Source: a virus
Lineage: Duplodnaviria > Caudoviricetes
Strand: one strand, 5' to 3'
Length of the DNA stretch: 64,000 bases
IMG/VR virus record: IMGVR_UViG_3300021958_008605
Location: 13,220-77,219 of that record
Part shown: piece by piece, positions 1 through 10,205 of the stretch
Position numbering within the stretch: the first letter of the stretch is position 1
How the letters are laid out: each line of letters starts with the position of its first letter
Made by a program: the position numbers and the translations under genes
Notes under the pieces: model-generated
Databases searched by the model: none
What the model saw: the letters and a program-made list of their open reading frames with translations, nothing else
What the model was told of the DNA's origin: nothing

Positions 1-431
1 TCATCGATTGGTAGTTTATCTGCTGGTACTCTACCGAATATCTCAGATGAGGCACATACATGAACCACTACATCATCTTCACCATGGTCTCTCAATGCCT
101 CTAATAAATTTGCAGTACCCAAAATGTTTGTTTGTAAGGTTTCAAGTGGTGCACTAAATGAAGTTTTTGGATATGATTGAGCCGCTAAGTGAAAAACATA
201 ATCTGCTTCTGATTGTTCTACTGCTTGAACTACTGATGGTAAGTCATTTAAATCTCCATTGATTAAAAACAACCTATCTTTCTTGTTGATTCTATCAAAG
301 TGATGTTCTAAGTTATCCAATCTATCATTCCATCTGATAAATCCATAGATATTCCAAGTTGTATTCTCAATAAGGTAATCTACCAAATGAGAACCAACCA
401 TTCCTGTTATTCCTGTTATTAATACATTCAT
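1..431 (-). CDS. gmd: GDP-mannose 4,6-dehydratase (5' part only; runs off the window edge)
   Basis: Not in the ORF track; translated by hand from ATG at 431: MNVLITGITGMVGSHLVDYL...DYVFHLAAQSYPKTSF...TNILGTANLLEAL...CASSEIFG. This has the Rossmann GxxGxxG and the Gmd-typical HLAAQS and ASSE motifs. ATGA overlap with the upstream stop. Confidence 0.85.
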   Translation of the reverse strand, partial: MNVLITGITGMVGSHLVDYLIENTTWNIYGFIRWNDRLDNLEHHFDRINKKDRLFLINGDLNDLPSVVQAVEQSEADYVFHLAAQSYPKTSFSAPLETLQTNILGTANLLEALRDHGEDDVVVHVCASSEIFGRVPADKLPID

Positions 432-1384
432 TTGTTTTGTTTAAACCATTCAATTGTTTCTCTAATACCATCTTCAAATGAATAACTTGGTTGAAATCCA
501 AGATTATTTATCTTTTCGGTACTAACCATTCTAAAAGGTATCGTAGTTGGTTTAGAATTATCCCAAACTATTTCTGGTGTAAGACCAGATACTTTTTGAA
601 TCGTGTTTACTATATCTCCAACCGTAATTGGTGCTCCATATCCAACATTATAAGGTTCCATTGGGTTACCATGTTCGATTATTGTTAATGCACCCTTAAT
701 TACATCCTTAACATACAAGAAATCTCTTACAACATCAGGTGAACCCCAAGCAGTGAATGGATTTTCACCACCTAACATACGATTAATGATTGCAGGTATC
801 ACATGACAAGTTTTTACATCAAAATTATCATTAGGTCCAAAGATTGCCGAACCTCTACCCAAGAATATCTTCAAATCAGAGAAGTTTGAGGTGTGTTCCA
901 TCAACTTTTCTCTATATCTTCTCATCCAACCATAACCGAAGTACGCAATGTAGGGTTCTTCTTCCCAAAATTCATCTTCCTTCACAGGATATCGTCTGTC
1001 AGGATAGCCTGTTGATGAATTAAGGTCAAAAAATGAATCTACCTCGTTTGTAACACACGCTTCTAGTACATTTCCAAGTAAAGTAATGTTTCCTAGTGAA
1101 CCTTGTATATCAGTTCGTACTGAACCAGGGTGTAAAACATGACCAGCACAATGGATTACTAAATCCGCTCCACTTGTGAGTTTGATTGCATCATCAAGGT
1201 TATTTAAATCGATGTTTTCTAGTATTGTTATATCTTTTTGTATCTCTTCACTAACTTGTAGTGGTGAATTGTAGGTGTGAGTAGTAATATTCGCACCTAA
1301 CTTGTTTAATTCTGTGATGAAGTGTGTTGCAAGGAAACCTGCACCTCCTGTAACTACAACTTCTTTGTTATTAAAGTAACTCAT
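428..1384 (-). CDS. GDP-L-fucose synthase-like extended SDR epimerase/reductase
   Basis: VTGGAGFLA Rossmann motif, SSTGYP, CHVIPAIINRM, WGSPDVVRDFLYVKD (Fcl-like). The YxxxK position reads YGWMR. Adjacent to gmd. Confidence 0.7.
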   Translation of the reverse strand: MSYFNNKEVVVTGGAGFLATHFITELNKLGANITTHTYNSPLQVSEEIQKDITILENIDLNNLDDAIKLTSGADLVIHCAGHVLHPGSVRTDIQGSLGNITLLGNVLEACVTNEVDSFFDLNSSTGYPDRRYPVKEDEFWEEEPYIAYFGYGWMRRYREKLMEHTSNFSDLKIFLGRGSAIFGPNDNFDVKTCHVIPAIINRMLGGENPFTAWGSPDVVRDFLYVKDVIKGALTIIEHGNPMEPYNVGYGAPITVGDIVNTIQKVSGLTPEIVWDNSKPTTIPFRMVSTEKINNLGFQPSYSFEDGIRETIEWFKQNK

Positions 1385-2102
1385 TTAGTATTTTTTTTAA
1401 TTTATTTGGTTCTATTTTTGGTTGATGTAATCCTAATGGATTTTCATAGTAAATATCTTCAACTGAAAACTTCTTTGCAACATCATAAGGTGCAATATCT
1501 TCATCTTTAAGGTATTTACAAAAATATATATCTTCCATAGTGATTTCTTCATCACTAAATTGGTTTGTAATCTCTAACATTCTTGATTTCTTACGAAAAG
1601 ATAACCCACCATTACCAACAATCTTTCCTTCTCTATATCTAATCCATGGTGCACCTATATAATTGTAAGAAATAAACTCATCTATACCAAATCTTCTTAG
1701 AATTGTATCTGTTTGAAAGATTAAAACATTCTCTGTTGGTATTGTTTCCCAAAATTTAGTGGTTTTAAACATATTATTGTACAAAATACCACTTAAATCA
1801 TCAATTTCTAAGTTTTCTAACTGAATAGTGTTCCAATTTTTAGTAAAATCTTGTACAAACTCTTTATTTTTGTTGCCATGATAGATTTTTAACCCCCATT
1901 TTACATCAGAACCACTTTCGTTTAGATAATACATTACATTTTTACATATAATTTCTAAATCTTCATGTTTTCTAGGTTCTACAATGATTGCAGTGTATTG
2001 GGTATCCTTAAAAATAGATGGGGTGTAATCAGAAAACTTGTTTTTTATGTTTTGTAACCCCTGATTCCAAACATCAATATGTTCTTTTGTCTGTTTTGGC
2101 AT
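1371..2102 (-). CDS. DUF5672-like, GT-A-like putative glycosyltransferase
   Basis: LIFQTDTIL...YNYIGAPW...VGNGGLSFRK...EDIYFC...FSVE pattern. Start moved to 2102 (TAATG overlap with the upstream stop). Confidence 0.65.
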   Translation of the reverse strand: MPKQTKEHIDVWNQGLQNIKNKFSDYTPSIFKDTQYTAIIVEPRKHEDLEIICKNVMYYLNESGSDVKWGLKIYHGNKNKEFVQDFTKNWNTIQLENLEIDDLSGILYNNMFKTTKFWETIPTENVLIFQTDTILRRFGIDEFISYNYIGAPWIRYREGKIVGNGGLSFRKKSRMLEITNQFSDEEITMEDIYFCKYLKDEDIAPYDVAKKFSVEDIYYENPLGLHQPKIEPNKLKKILNELL

Positions 2103-3106
2103 TATTTTTTGTTTTTCCAATAAGAATATATACCTTTTTCAAGTTCATATGATGGCCATACAAATCTTTCTCTCATTGGTTGTTGTTTTGCCCACTCCCA
2201 CATCTTCGTTAATCCTTCTTCTAAATCTGTTTTGTGTTCAAACCCTAATATGTGTACTGATTTTTCCCAAGTTGGTATGGAGTGTTTCACTTCATGTCGT
2301 TCCTCTTCAAAAGAAATTTCTCCACCCCCCATAATCTTGATAAGTGTATTACAAGCTTCTTTTATTGATACTTCTTTAATACCACCTAAGTTTATTATTT
2401 GTTTAGAAGCAAATTCGTTTGTTGCTGAATTCCAAAGTGGTTCTAATGAATCATCAATATAAGAAAATGCTCTTGTTTGCAATCCATCACCAAATATTGT
2501 TAGTTTTTCTCCATTCAAATATTGAAACATCCAAATACCTAAAACATTTCTGTACTTATCCCAAATGTTTTGTTTGATACCATACACATTATGTGGTCTG
2601 ATAATACACCAATCCAATCCATGTTGTTCACCAGCAATTTGGATATCCATTTCACATCCATACTTTGCTACTCCATAAGGGTCTATTGGTTTTGGTACTT
2701 GTGATTCATCAAATAAATTTCCATCTTGATGACCGTACACCGCAAGTGTAGAAGTGAACACTAATCTTTTAACATTGTTCTTAATACATTCATTTACGAT
2801 ACCAGCAGTTGCTCTAAGATTGTTATCGTAATTATAAGTTCTTATAAATGGAGATAATCCTTCAGCGGCATAAGCTGCAAAGTGAAATACATAATCAAAC
2901 TTCTGGTCATCGAATACATCTGATATATAATCACCATCAGTAACTAAATTTATATTTAAAAAGTTAACTTTTGGATTTATATTCTCAAGATAACCACCAC
3001 TTAAATCATCGAATCCCCAAACTTCTACTTCTGATTTGTTTTCGATAATCCAATCTGCCAATCTACTTCCGAGTAAACCTGCAACTCCTGTAATTAGTAC
3101 TTTCAT
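2102..3106 (-). CDS. NAD-dependent sugar epimerase/dehydratase (extended SDR)
   Basis: ITGVAGLLG, HFAAYA, FTSTLAVYG, catalytic YGVAK, RPHNVYG, GDGLQTRAFSYIDD. Confidence 0.9.
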   Translation of the reverse strand: MKVLITGVAGLLGSRLADWIIENKSEVEVWGFDDLSGGYLENINPKVNFLNINLVTDGDYISDVFDDQKFDYVFHFAAYAAEGLSPFIRTYNYDNNLRATAGIVNECIKNNVKRLVFTSTLAVYGHQDGNLFDESQVPKPIDPYGVAKYGCEMDIQIAGEQHGLDWCIIRPHNVYGIKQNIWDKYRNVLGIWMFQYLNGEKLTIFGDGLQTRAFSYIDDSLEPLWNSATNEFASKQIINLGGIKEVSIKEACNTLIKIMGGGEISFEEERHEVKHSIPTWEKSVHILGFEHKTDLEEGLTKMWEWAKQQPMRERFVWPSYELEKGIYSYWKNKK

Positions 3107-3711
3107 ATTAAATTCTTTATCTCTTTATATATGTATTCTCCAATTAATCTATAACCTTCTAAATTTGGATGATAATCTCCTTCATAATAGTTTTCTTCAT
3201 CATTCCAAACCATTTTACTGCCATATTCCCAAACTGATTTCTTATTTACCATTTCTTCAACTTGAAGTTGATAAGATAAAGTTCCTTTTGGATTTATATA
3301 ATATTTTGGAAAGTTAAAATCATCATTTTCTATAAATGGATAAAATCCATTAAAGTAAAACTTTTTATAACCATAAAGAAGTGTTTCAAATTTTTTAAAT
3401 AACTCCTCAGGTGTGTATTCGTTGTACTTTTGGTATCTATGAGGATATGAAAATACAATAACGATTATATCTTCTTTATCTATAAACTTAAGATTTTCTT
3501 CTACCGCTTTATAAATGTATTCATTTCCAAATCCACAAACCCCAAGGTTAATATACGAAATATTTAGCAAATTTCCAAGCCATTTTGGAAAAGAATTTTG
3601 TTCTCTTAGTTTTTCTATGAATTTTGGTGGTGTTGGATTCTCTTTATATTCCTTTTCAGTTTCAACTCCATGTCCTGCTGTCCAACTATCACCGAAGGTA
3701 ATAAGTCTCAT
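3103..3711 (-). CDS. SGNH/GDSL hydrolase-fold protein (putative acyl-esterase or acyltransferase)
   Basis: FGDSWTAG (block I Ser), NLGVCGFGN (block II), DYHPN (block V Asp/His). Confidence 0.7.
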   Translation of the reverse strand: MRLITFGDSWTAGHGVETEKEYKENPTPPKFIEKLREQNSFPKWLGNLLNISYINLGVCGFGNEYIYKAVEENLKFIDKEDIIVIVFSYPHRYQKYNEYTPEELFKKFETLLYGYKKFYFNGFYPFIENDDFNFPKYYINPKGTLSYQLQVEEMVNKKSVWEYGSKMVWNDEENYYEGDYHPNLEGYRLIGEYIYKEIKNLI

Positions 3712-5039
3712 TATAATTTATTTATAAAAAAGTTCATATCAGAATCGTTATTTGGAAGATTCGATATTATTTTTTTATTAGCTTCTAATCTATCTACATT
3801 ATTTTTATAAAACTCGATTATTTTATCTTTGTTTTCTTGTAATCTTTTTATTTCTTTAAGAGTAGCATAGTATCGTTCCTTATCATCTTCTATATCATTA
3901 TATGAATGGTCTATTATATCTCTGTAAAAATCCAAACCAAATTCGTTTTCCATAAACTTAATATGACCTGGTGTAGATACTATAATAGGTAGTTGATAGT
4001 AGAAAAAAGGTCTTGTAGATTTTTCTGTAACATGAATGGTTTCTAGTTCACTATCATAACAAGATTCTGTAACTATATTTACATAAGATTGTGTGTGGTT
4101 TTCATCATTTTCAGGAACCATTACACCACCAGCTTCTCCACCAGCTCCTCCAATCTCAGGATTGTTATCTTTTATAAAATCCCTATCATGCATTTCCATA
4201 TCTAACTCATAATCACTTTTTTTATCTCCTCGATTTATAATAGAATCGATATGCTCCTCAATACCATTATCAATTGAACCAATTATACCACAAAAATCTT
4301 CATATAATTGTTCATCATATCCTTTACCATCTCTATAATCTATCAACATAGACCAATTTACATCTTTTAATATATTTTGAGCCTGTAATCCGAATAATGT
4401 AGCTATTCTATGTATCTTAGCTGATTTATTTAAACATAAAAAGAAAGGGCCTGATTTTTCAAGTACTAATTTGGATGATAGTTCATTCCAAACTGCTGAT
4501 GAAGTAATTTGTAATAAATTAGTTCTATGAAAGTTTATATTTGAGTTAAATTGTTTTTTATAATCTTCTATTTTTGGATTATTAGAAACAATAATAAATC
4601 TATCGTGTGGAATTTTATCTTCATTTAAATAATTTATTAGAGCTTTAAAATCTCTTAATGTTTCTGGTTCATGTTCTCTAATAAATAAAACTTTAATATT
4701 AGTACATTCCTTTAAACACTTTACTAAAGACTTACTAAATTTAACATTTCGTTCATCAAATATATCATATAACCCCAATGAAGTTTTTAATCCATAATAA
4801 AAAGTTTTATTAGGATTTTCATAAACATCTTGTATTCTATTTTTATTTACTTTAAAAGTATTTCTATTATATTTCTCTGGTAGCTGAGAATGGAAAAATC
4901 GTTGGAAAAAATCAAAGAATCCATACTCATCTCTGAAACCTCCGCTTCCTAGAATCTCCCCTAAGTTATGATGTGGAATATCAAGTACCCAACTATCATA
5001 AACAAAATTAAGTGTTTTAATGTTTTCTGGTATTTCCAT
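3711..5039 (-). CDS. Hypothetical protein with a GT10-like (GT-B) C-terminal domain
   Basis: SYVNIVTES...VTEKSTRPFFYYQLPIIVSTPG...DIIDHSYNDIED..R. The same domain occurs at the C-terminus of 6215..8392. VTEK...PII.G resembles the GT10 alpha-1,3-fucosyltransferase motif (inference). Confidence 0.45.
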   Translation of the reverse strand: MEIPENIKTLNFVYDSWVLDIPHHNLGEILGSGGFRDEYGFFDFFQRFFHSQLPEKYNRNTFKVNKNRIQDVYENPNKTFYYGLKTSLGLYDIFDERNVKFSKSLVKCLKECTNIKVLFIREHEPETLRDFKALINYLNEDKIPHDRFIIVSNNPKIEDYKKQFNSNINFHRTNLLQITSSAVWNELSSKLVLEKSGPFFLCLNKSAKIHRIATLFGLQAQNILKDVNWSMLIDYRDGKGYDEQLYEDFCGIIGSIDNGIEEHIDSIINRGDKKSDYELDMEMHDRDFIKDNNPEIGGAGGEAGGVMVPENDENHTQSYVNIVTESCYDSELETIHVTEKSTRPFFYYQLPIIVSTPGHIKFMENEFGLDFYRDIIDHSYNDIEDDKERYYATLKEIKRLQENKDKIIEFYKNNVDRLEANKKIISNLPNNDSDMNFFINKL

Positions 5040-6180
5040 AATGGATTACTTTAACTGTATCTGATTTAAAACTTCTCCATGGGTCAACTACTATTGAATC
5101 TTTAGGAAATTTGTAATCGTGGTGTTTACCCATATGACCTAAAAGGTAAACTGCTTTATAAGGATGTGGTTGGTCATATTCAGGTACAATACCTTCTTCT
5201 TTACAATAATGTCCAACTAAGATTGATGAAGAACCATCTAAGTAATGCACATCTGGTTTGTAAGCCTTTCCTAATATGATAATTGGTAAATCATTTTCTT
5301 TTGCAAGTTTTACAAGTTTAAGTGCCATGTTTTTTGCTTGAACTTCTCTTGCCAACATAATAGCATCAAATAAATCATAACCCAATCCTAAGTTTTCTGC
5401 CATATATCTTAATGCAATATTATCTCTTGGATGACATCCACCACCATCTCCCATTCCAGCCTTCATATAAGCCGGTCCAAGTATTCTGTAAGTACTTCTT
5501 TCAAGTGCACCTGTTACAACATCAACATTCATGTTACCATTTACTTCAGCAACATCTTGTATCATGTTTACCAACGCAACTTTTGTTGAAATAAAAGTAT
5601 TGTAGAAAATTTTGATTCCTTCTGCCTCATCCCAAGTACCAACTTCATATCTTGTACCTGGTTTGATGAATGTTTTATAGAAATCTAAAAGTAATTTAGC
5701 ATCACCTGTCATTGAACCATCTTCTGTACCGATGATTACCATTTCAGGATTAACCATATCCCACTTTACAGTACCCATAGCAATTAGATATGGATTGTAA
5801 ATAAATCTTGTATTGGATAATCTGTCGATAAACTCTCTTCTGATTGTACCAGGTAAAACTGTTGAAATAAGAACTACTAATTGTTCTTTATTTGTGTGTT
5901 TGTTTACTTCATCTAATACATTGTTAACGATTGAGTAATCGAAATCTTTATTTGGTAAATGTGATGTAGGTTCTCTACCATCATAATCAGGATGGTGAGG
6001 TGTAGGAACAGCAATAAAGATTAATTCTCTATCTTTACATACTTCTTCAATAGTAGGAACCATCTCAAAGTTTGCTGGTTGTATTGATACAACATCATAA
6101 CCAATTACATCATGTTTTTCGGCCATGATTTCTGCCGCATCTTTTCCGAGTTTACCAACTCCTATAAAACCTATTTTCAT
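5017..6180 (-). CDS. ugd: UDP-glucose/GDP-mannose 6-dehydrogenase family
   Basis: GFIGVGKLG, FIAVPTP, STVLPGT, catalytic GGGCHPRD, ILGKAYKPD. Confidence 0.88.
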   Translation of the reverse strand: MKIGFIGVGKLGKDAAEIMAEKHDVIGYDVVSIQPANFEMVPTIEEVCKDRELIFIAVPTPHHPDYDGREPTSHLPNKDFDYSIVNNVLDEVNKHTNKEQLVVLISTVLPGTIRREFIDRLSNTRFIYNPYLIAMGTVKWDMVNPEMVIIGTEDGSMTGDAKLLLDFYKTFIKPGTRYEVGTWDEAEGIKIFYNTFISTKVALVNMIQDVAEVNGNMNVDVVTGALERSTYRILGPAYMKAGMGDGGGCHPRDNIALRYMAENLGLGYDLFDAIMLAREVQAKNMALKLVKLAKENDLPIIILGKAYKPDVHYLDGSSSILVGHYCKEEGIVPEYDQPHPYKAVYLLGHMGKHHDYKFPKDSIVVDPWRSFKSDTVKVIHYGNTRKH

Positions 6181-6197
6181 AATCTATTGTATTTGTA

Positions 6198-6206
6198 TAT
6201 AAATAT
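6198..6206 (-). promoter_or_regulatory. ATATTTATA motif, putative late promoter for ugd and downstream genes
   Basis: Exact ATATTTATA on the coding strand about 18 nt upstream of ATG 6180, in one of the few intergenic gaps of the cluster. Confidence 0.6.
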
Positions 6207-6214
6207 ATAATTTT

Positions 6215-8392
6215 TTAAATTAACCCATTTTGTATCTCCGATAATATCTTTATTATTGGTTTTTGTGGATTATGTTCTGTATGTATAAAGTGATATTTTG
6301 ACCTTATCATTTTTTTAAACATAGTTCGATTGTATTCTAATACCTCCACCATTTCTTCTCTAACTTTAGCTAGTTCGTGATGGTCTTTTTCCGATAATGA
6401 TTCTATTATCATTACAATTTTATTAGTTCTTGCATGAACATCTTTAATATCATCATAAGATTCATCCCACCATTTATCAAATGTTTTAAATCCAAGCTTT
6501 TTTAAATATTTCAATGTACCAGGATTTCCAAGTATAATAAAAGGATGGCCCATAAAAATTGGTTTCCAAGTTTTTTCAGATATAAATAAAGTATTTTCAT
6601 GTGCTAGTGTTTCGGTTACAACCGATACAAATGTATTATGAAAATTGTCGTGATTTAAATCATTTGCTAAATTATACTGAAGTGTTGTATCAATTTCAAT
6701 AGGAACCATTTCTTTTAATTTTTTAGAATATGGATATAATTCTGTATCTATATTTTTTTCTTCAAAATCACCAACACTTATTGTTCCTAAATGTAATAAA
6801 TCTTTTTCTAACAATCTACTACAAAATCCAATACGATGAGCCCTGTCCATATTTCTATTATAAGATAAAAAGAACATTCCCTTTTTTGATGGATGAAATG
6901 GTGTAATTTCACTTGGCATATGTAATGGATTTAACCAAATATCAAATGCTGAAAATGGTATTCCTTTAAACTTTAAACCTTTTTTATATAATACTTCTTT
7001 TATTCTTAAATTACCACAAATATAATAAACATTACTTTCTGGTATATTCCATTCATCATTCCATTGTGAAATAATTTCTAAATCTCTATTACCCTCAATA
7101 CCACTATATCCTTCTAATGTTAAGTAAAAAACTATTTTTGCTCTATCCTCTCGAACATCTTTTAGATATCTTTTAGATACACAAGAATATCCTATTTTAA
7201 TATTTTTTTCAAAGAAATTTGGGTCATATATTGATACAAGATATATGTGTTTATTTTTCTTTGTTTTATCTGGTGGTAATATATTAATATATCTTTCTTC
7301 GTTTATAGGAGTAACCATTCCTTCAAATTGTTCTTTTGCGAATAACTTTTTAGTATGTTCATTATAAACATTCCATTCTCCCCATGATTTAGGAAATGAT
7401 ATCGTTCCTTCTTCTTTTAAATACCATGTTTTTGAACACATATGAGGTCTGTGGTAACCAATTATAGAATCATGCTCTTCTACTGAAATATTTGTTTTAC
7501 CAACCCATAGATTATAAATTCCGAGTGAAAACTCTGTTCGTTGGTCGTGAAACCACATATCTTCATATTGTCTCATTTTAGAAAAATCAACTGCATAATC
7601 TCTACTATCCTTTGAATCTACAAAAATTGGATTTAATTTTTTATCTATAATTTTTTCAATTGTATCTACTATTTCTTTTTTAGAAGTATTAAATTCATCG
7701 AAACCTATATTAAGAATCTTTCCATCAAATCCATTACAAATCATTTGAAATAATATCAATGCACAATTATCAACATGAAGATGAGGCCTTTTAGCATCTT
7801 TATCAAATATTTCTAACTGCCTGCCTTCTTTAATATCATCAATTAAATTGTTAATAAGAACATCGTGTCTCATTGGATTAGAATATCCATATAAAGTAGA
7901 TAATCTAAATATCTTATAATTATCACCTGCTTCTTGTACCAACTCTTCTGATTTTATTTTTAATTCAGAATATCGTGTGGTTACTTGTAAACTATCTTCT
8001 TCTGTAAATTTTTCTTTTTTATCTTGTCTACCATAAACACTGCAACTACTTGTAAAGAAAAACTTAAAATTAGGGTCACAATCTTTTTTGCATTTTTCAA
8101 GAACCCATTTTAATCTATTTAGTTCTTTTGTTATGGTATCTTTTTTATCAAGTTCTAATAATCTAGGTGAAGCAAGATAAACAATTCTATCATATTGATT
8201 CCAATTATCAATATAATCTTCTGCATTTAAAACATCATCATCAATAAATGTAAGATACTTACTATCTGGTATCAAATCGTAATGTGTGTAATTCATTGTA
8301 TCAATACAAGTTACCTCTGTTCTTACTTTTAAAAAGTTTTTTGTAAGGGGTAATCCTAAGAACCCCGCACCACCTATCATTAATACTTTCAT
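6215..8392 (-). CDS. Fusion of NAD-dependent epimerase (N-terminal) and GT10-like domain (C-terminal)
   Basis: N-terminal MIGGAGFLG, TSSCSVYG, YSELK, RLSTLYG, RPHLHVDN. C-terminal FVSVVTET...ISEKTWKPIFMGHPFIILGNPGTL..L...GFKTF...DESYD. Start moved to 8392 (ATGA overlap). Confidence 0.7.
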   Translation of the reverse strand: MKVLMIGGAGFLGLPLTKNFLKVRTEVTCIDTMNYTHYDLIPDSKYLTFIDDDVLNAEDYIDNWNQYDRIVYLASPRLLELDKKDTITKELNRLKWVLEKCKKDCDPNFKFFFTSSCSVYGRQDKKEKFTEEDSLQVTTRYSELKIKSEELVQEAGDNYKIFRLSTLYGYSNPMRHDVLINNLIDDIKEGRQLEIFDKDAKRPHLHVDNCALILFQMICNGFDGKILNIGFDEFNTSKKEIVDTIEKIIDKKLNPIFVDSKDSRDYAVDFSKMRQYEDMWFHDQRTEFSLGIYNLWVGKTNISVEEHDSIIGYHRPHMCSKTWYLKEEGTISFPKSWGEWNVYNEHTKKLFAKEQFEGMVTPINEERYINILPPDKTKKNKHIYLVSIYDPNFFEKNIKIGYSCVSKRYLKDVREDRAKIVFYLTLEGYSGIEGNRDLEIISQWNDEWNIPESNVYYICGNLRIKEVLYKKGLKFKGIPFSAFDIWLNPLHMPSEITPFHPSKKGMFFLSYNRNMDRAHRIGFCSRLLEKDLLHLGTISVGDFEEKNIDTELYPYSKKLKEMVPIEIDTTLQYNLANDLNHDNFHNTFVSVVTETLAHENTLFISEKTWKPIFMGHPFIILGNPGTLKYLKKLGFKTFDKWWDESYDDIKDVHARTNKIVMIIESLSEKDHHELAKVREEMVEVLEYNRTMFKKMIRSKYHFIHTEHNPQKPIIKILSEIQNGLI

Positions 8393-9399
8393 TCTCTTAC
8401 TAAATCTGTTGTTACACAATGGAACGAACCACCTAAAGTTCTTGAGTGTCTAATTTGACAATCAAGTGTATCGATTCCATATTTTTTTAATTCTGTTATA
8501 AGTTCTTTTTGTCTATTATCTACAATTACAGTATTTTCATCTACCGATAATAAGTTTACTCCAATCCATAAAGATGCTCTGATTGTTTGGTGGTATCCAA
8601 TATCAACCATTGGTGGACACCAAATTTTATCCCAAGATTTTAGAAACTCTGGCATATTCTTTTCATTCACTCTTTCAGGATTCAACAAACACAATCCTTC
8701 TCTTAAAACTGCAATCGTAGAATCAATATGAATATAAGAATATACATCTTCGATAGTGTGAACTCTATACTCATTCCCTAAGAAGTTTTGCAACCACTTA
8801 GCACCCTTTAAATTACCTGTATTAGATACTAAATATAAAATATCATTATTACATCTAAGAATGTTTGCAGCATCAAATACAGGTTCGTTGTTGTTTAGAG
8901 TGATTTTAGATAAATCTTCTCTTTGATATATTGAATCCAACAATCTTGGTTTTGGTGCAGATACCCAATTTGCACCTTGTTCCATTTTTTCAATGAATAT
9001 ATCTTTGAAACAATCGGTTTCAAATTGTCTTGACCTAAGAGACATTGGTGATTCAATTATATTGTTACCAATTACTGTTGCTGTATCTCTTGGACAAAAA
9101 GTATAATACTGTGAAGTTTCCCAATGTCCATTTGATATTGTTTTAGTAGTATCAATTGGTGTTGGTCTATAAACCTTAACACCAACATCAGTTAAAAGAT
9201 TAGAAAGGTTTTCTAAATCTTCATGTGTTTCATCATATACTTTTTGGTCCCAAAATCCTAATTCGTTTTTTGGTATAGAATCATCAGTAGCATAATTTAT
9301 ACAATGTAAATCTTTACCATGAGTTGGCATATTTGCATTATCTACTGTTCCTACTATAACCTCTTTGAGTTTTCCCCACTCATTGTTTACATTAACCAT
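8389..9399 (-). CDS. Amidinotransferase (glycine / inosamine-phosphate amidinotransferase, StrB1-like)
   Basis: NEWGKLKEVIVG, FCPRD, FDAAN, HIDST, C-terminal GGSFHCVT with catalytic Cys; pentein fold. Confidence 0.88.
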   Translation of the reverse strand: MVNVNNEWGKLKEVIVGTVDNANMPTHGKDLHCINYATDDSIPKNELGFWDQKVYDETHEDLENLSNLLTDVGVKVYRPTPIDTTKTISNGHWETSQYYTFCPRDTATVIGNNIIESPMSLRSRQFETDCFKDIFIEKMEQGANWVSAPKPRLLDSIYQREDLSKITLNNNEPVFDAANILRCNNDILYLVSNTGNLKGAKWLQNFLGNEYRVHTIEDVYSYIHIDSTIAVLREGLCLLNPERVNEKNMPEFLKSWDKIWCPPMVDIGYHQTIRASLWIGVNLLSVDENTVIVDNRQKELITELKKYGIDTLDCQIRHSRTLGGSFHCVTTDLVRE

Positions 9400-10204
9400 T
9401 TTTTATTTTTTTTAAAATTATTTTTTTTACTTTATCGTGGAATTTTATTCCATTGTGTGATAAATCTCGTGCTTTATCATATAAACTTGTAGAATCATCT
9501 TTAATATTTATGATATCAAATGTTTGATAATCTGATTTGAGTTCCTGAATATAATCATTAAAAGTAATGTGAAAAACAGGTACTCCAAGTGATTCCCATA
9601 CATTATTTAAATATAGTGGAAATAATAAATCTTTTAATTTCTTTTCTCCTGAGTTTTTTATATAATACTCATTTATGTACTCATTTGAAGTATAATCATT
9701 TTTATTAACTCCAATTGTTAATACTCCTAAAACAAATTCTTCACCTGGTGAAGTTTTTGATAAACTAACTCTATAATCATGTGGATATTGATAAATTACA
9801 TATTTTGGTAATCTTATATTTGTAAAATTATTATTAAATAAAATTGTATTATAAAATTGTTCCGATATACCAGAACCTCCTATTGCTAAATTTATATTTT
9901 TTAAATTTAACTCATTGGCTAATTTATAAGAATATGTATCTTCATAAAATAAACCAACACCATAACTATAAGAACATCCAAATGTTAGAATATAATCATT
10001 ATCATTAATATCAGATAAGTTATCTGAGCGATAGCCGTACTCATTGTGTTTATAGTATATTTTTTTATTATTGTAATACCAACTATCCTTATTTATATGT
10101 TTTATTAATTTATTAAATGTTGGATTGTTAAAGTTAATATCTGAATCATATTCATCTCCAACAGGTATTTCCAATAATTTACTACTATTTTTTAAAATTG
10201 CCAT
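9392..10204 (-). CDS. SGNH-like hypothetical protein
   Basis: YGYRSD...FGCSYSYGVGL, NLAIGGSG, DLSHNG. Confidence 0.55.
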   Translation of the reverse strand: MAILKNSSKLLEIPVGDEYDSDINFNNPTFNKLIKHINKDSWYYNNKKIYYKHNEYGYRSDNLSDINDNDYILTFGCSYSYGVGLFYEDTYSYKLANELNLKNINLAIGGSGISEQFYNTILFNNNFTNIRLPKYVIYQYPHDYRVSLSKTSPGEEFVLGVLTIGVNKNDYTSNEYINEYYIKNSGEKKLKDLLFPLYLNNVWESLGVPVFHITFNDYIQELKSDYQTFDIINIKDDSTSLYDKARDLSHNGIKFHDKVKKIILKKIKNG

Positions 10205-10205
10205 A

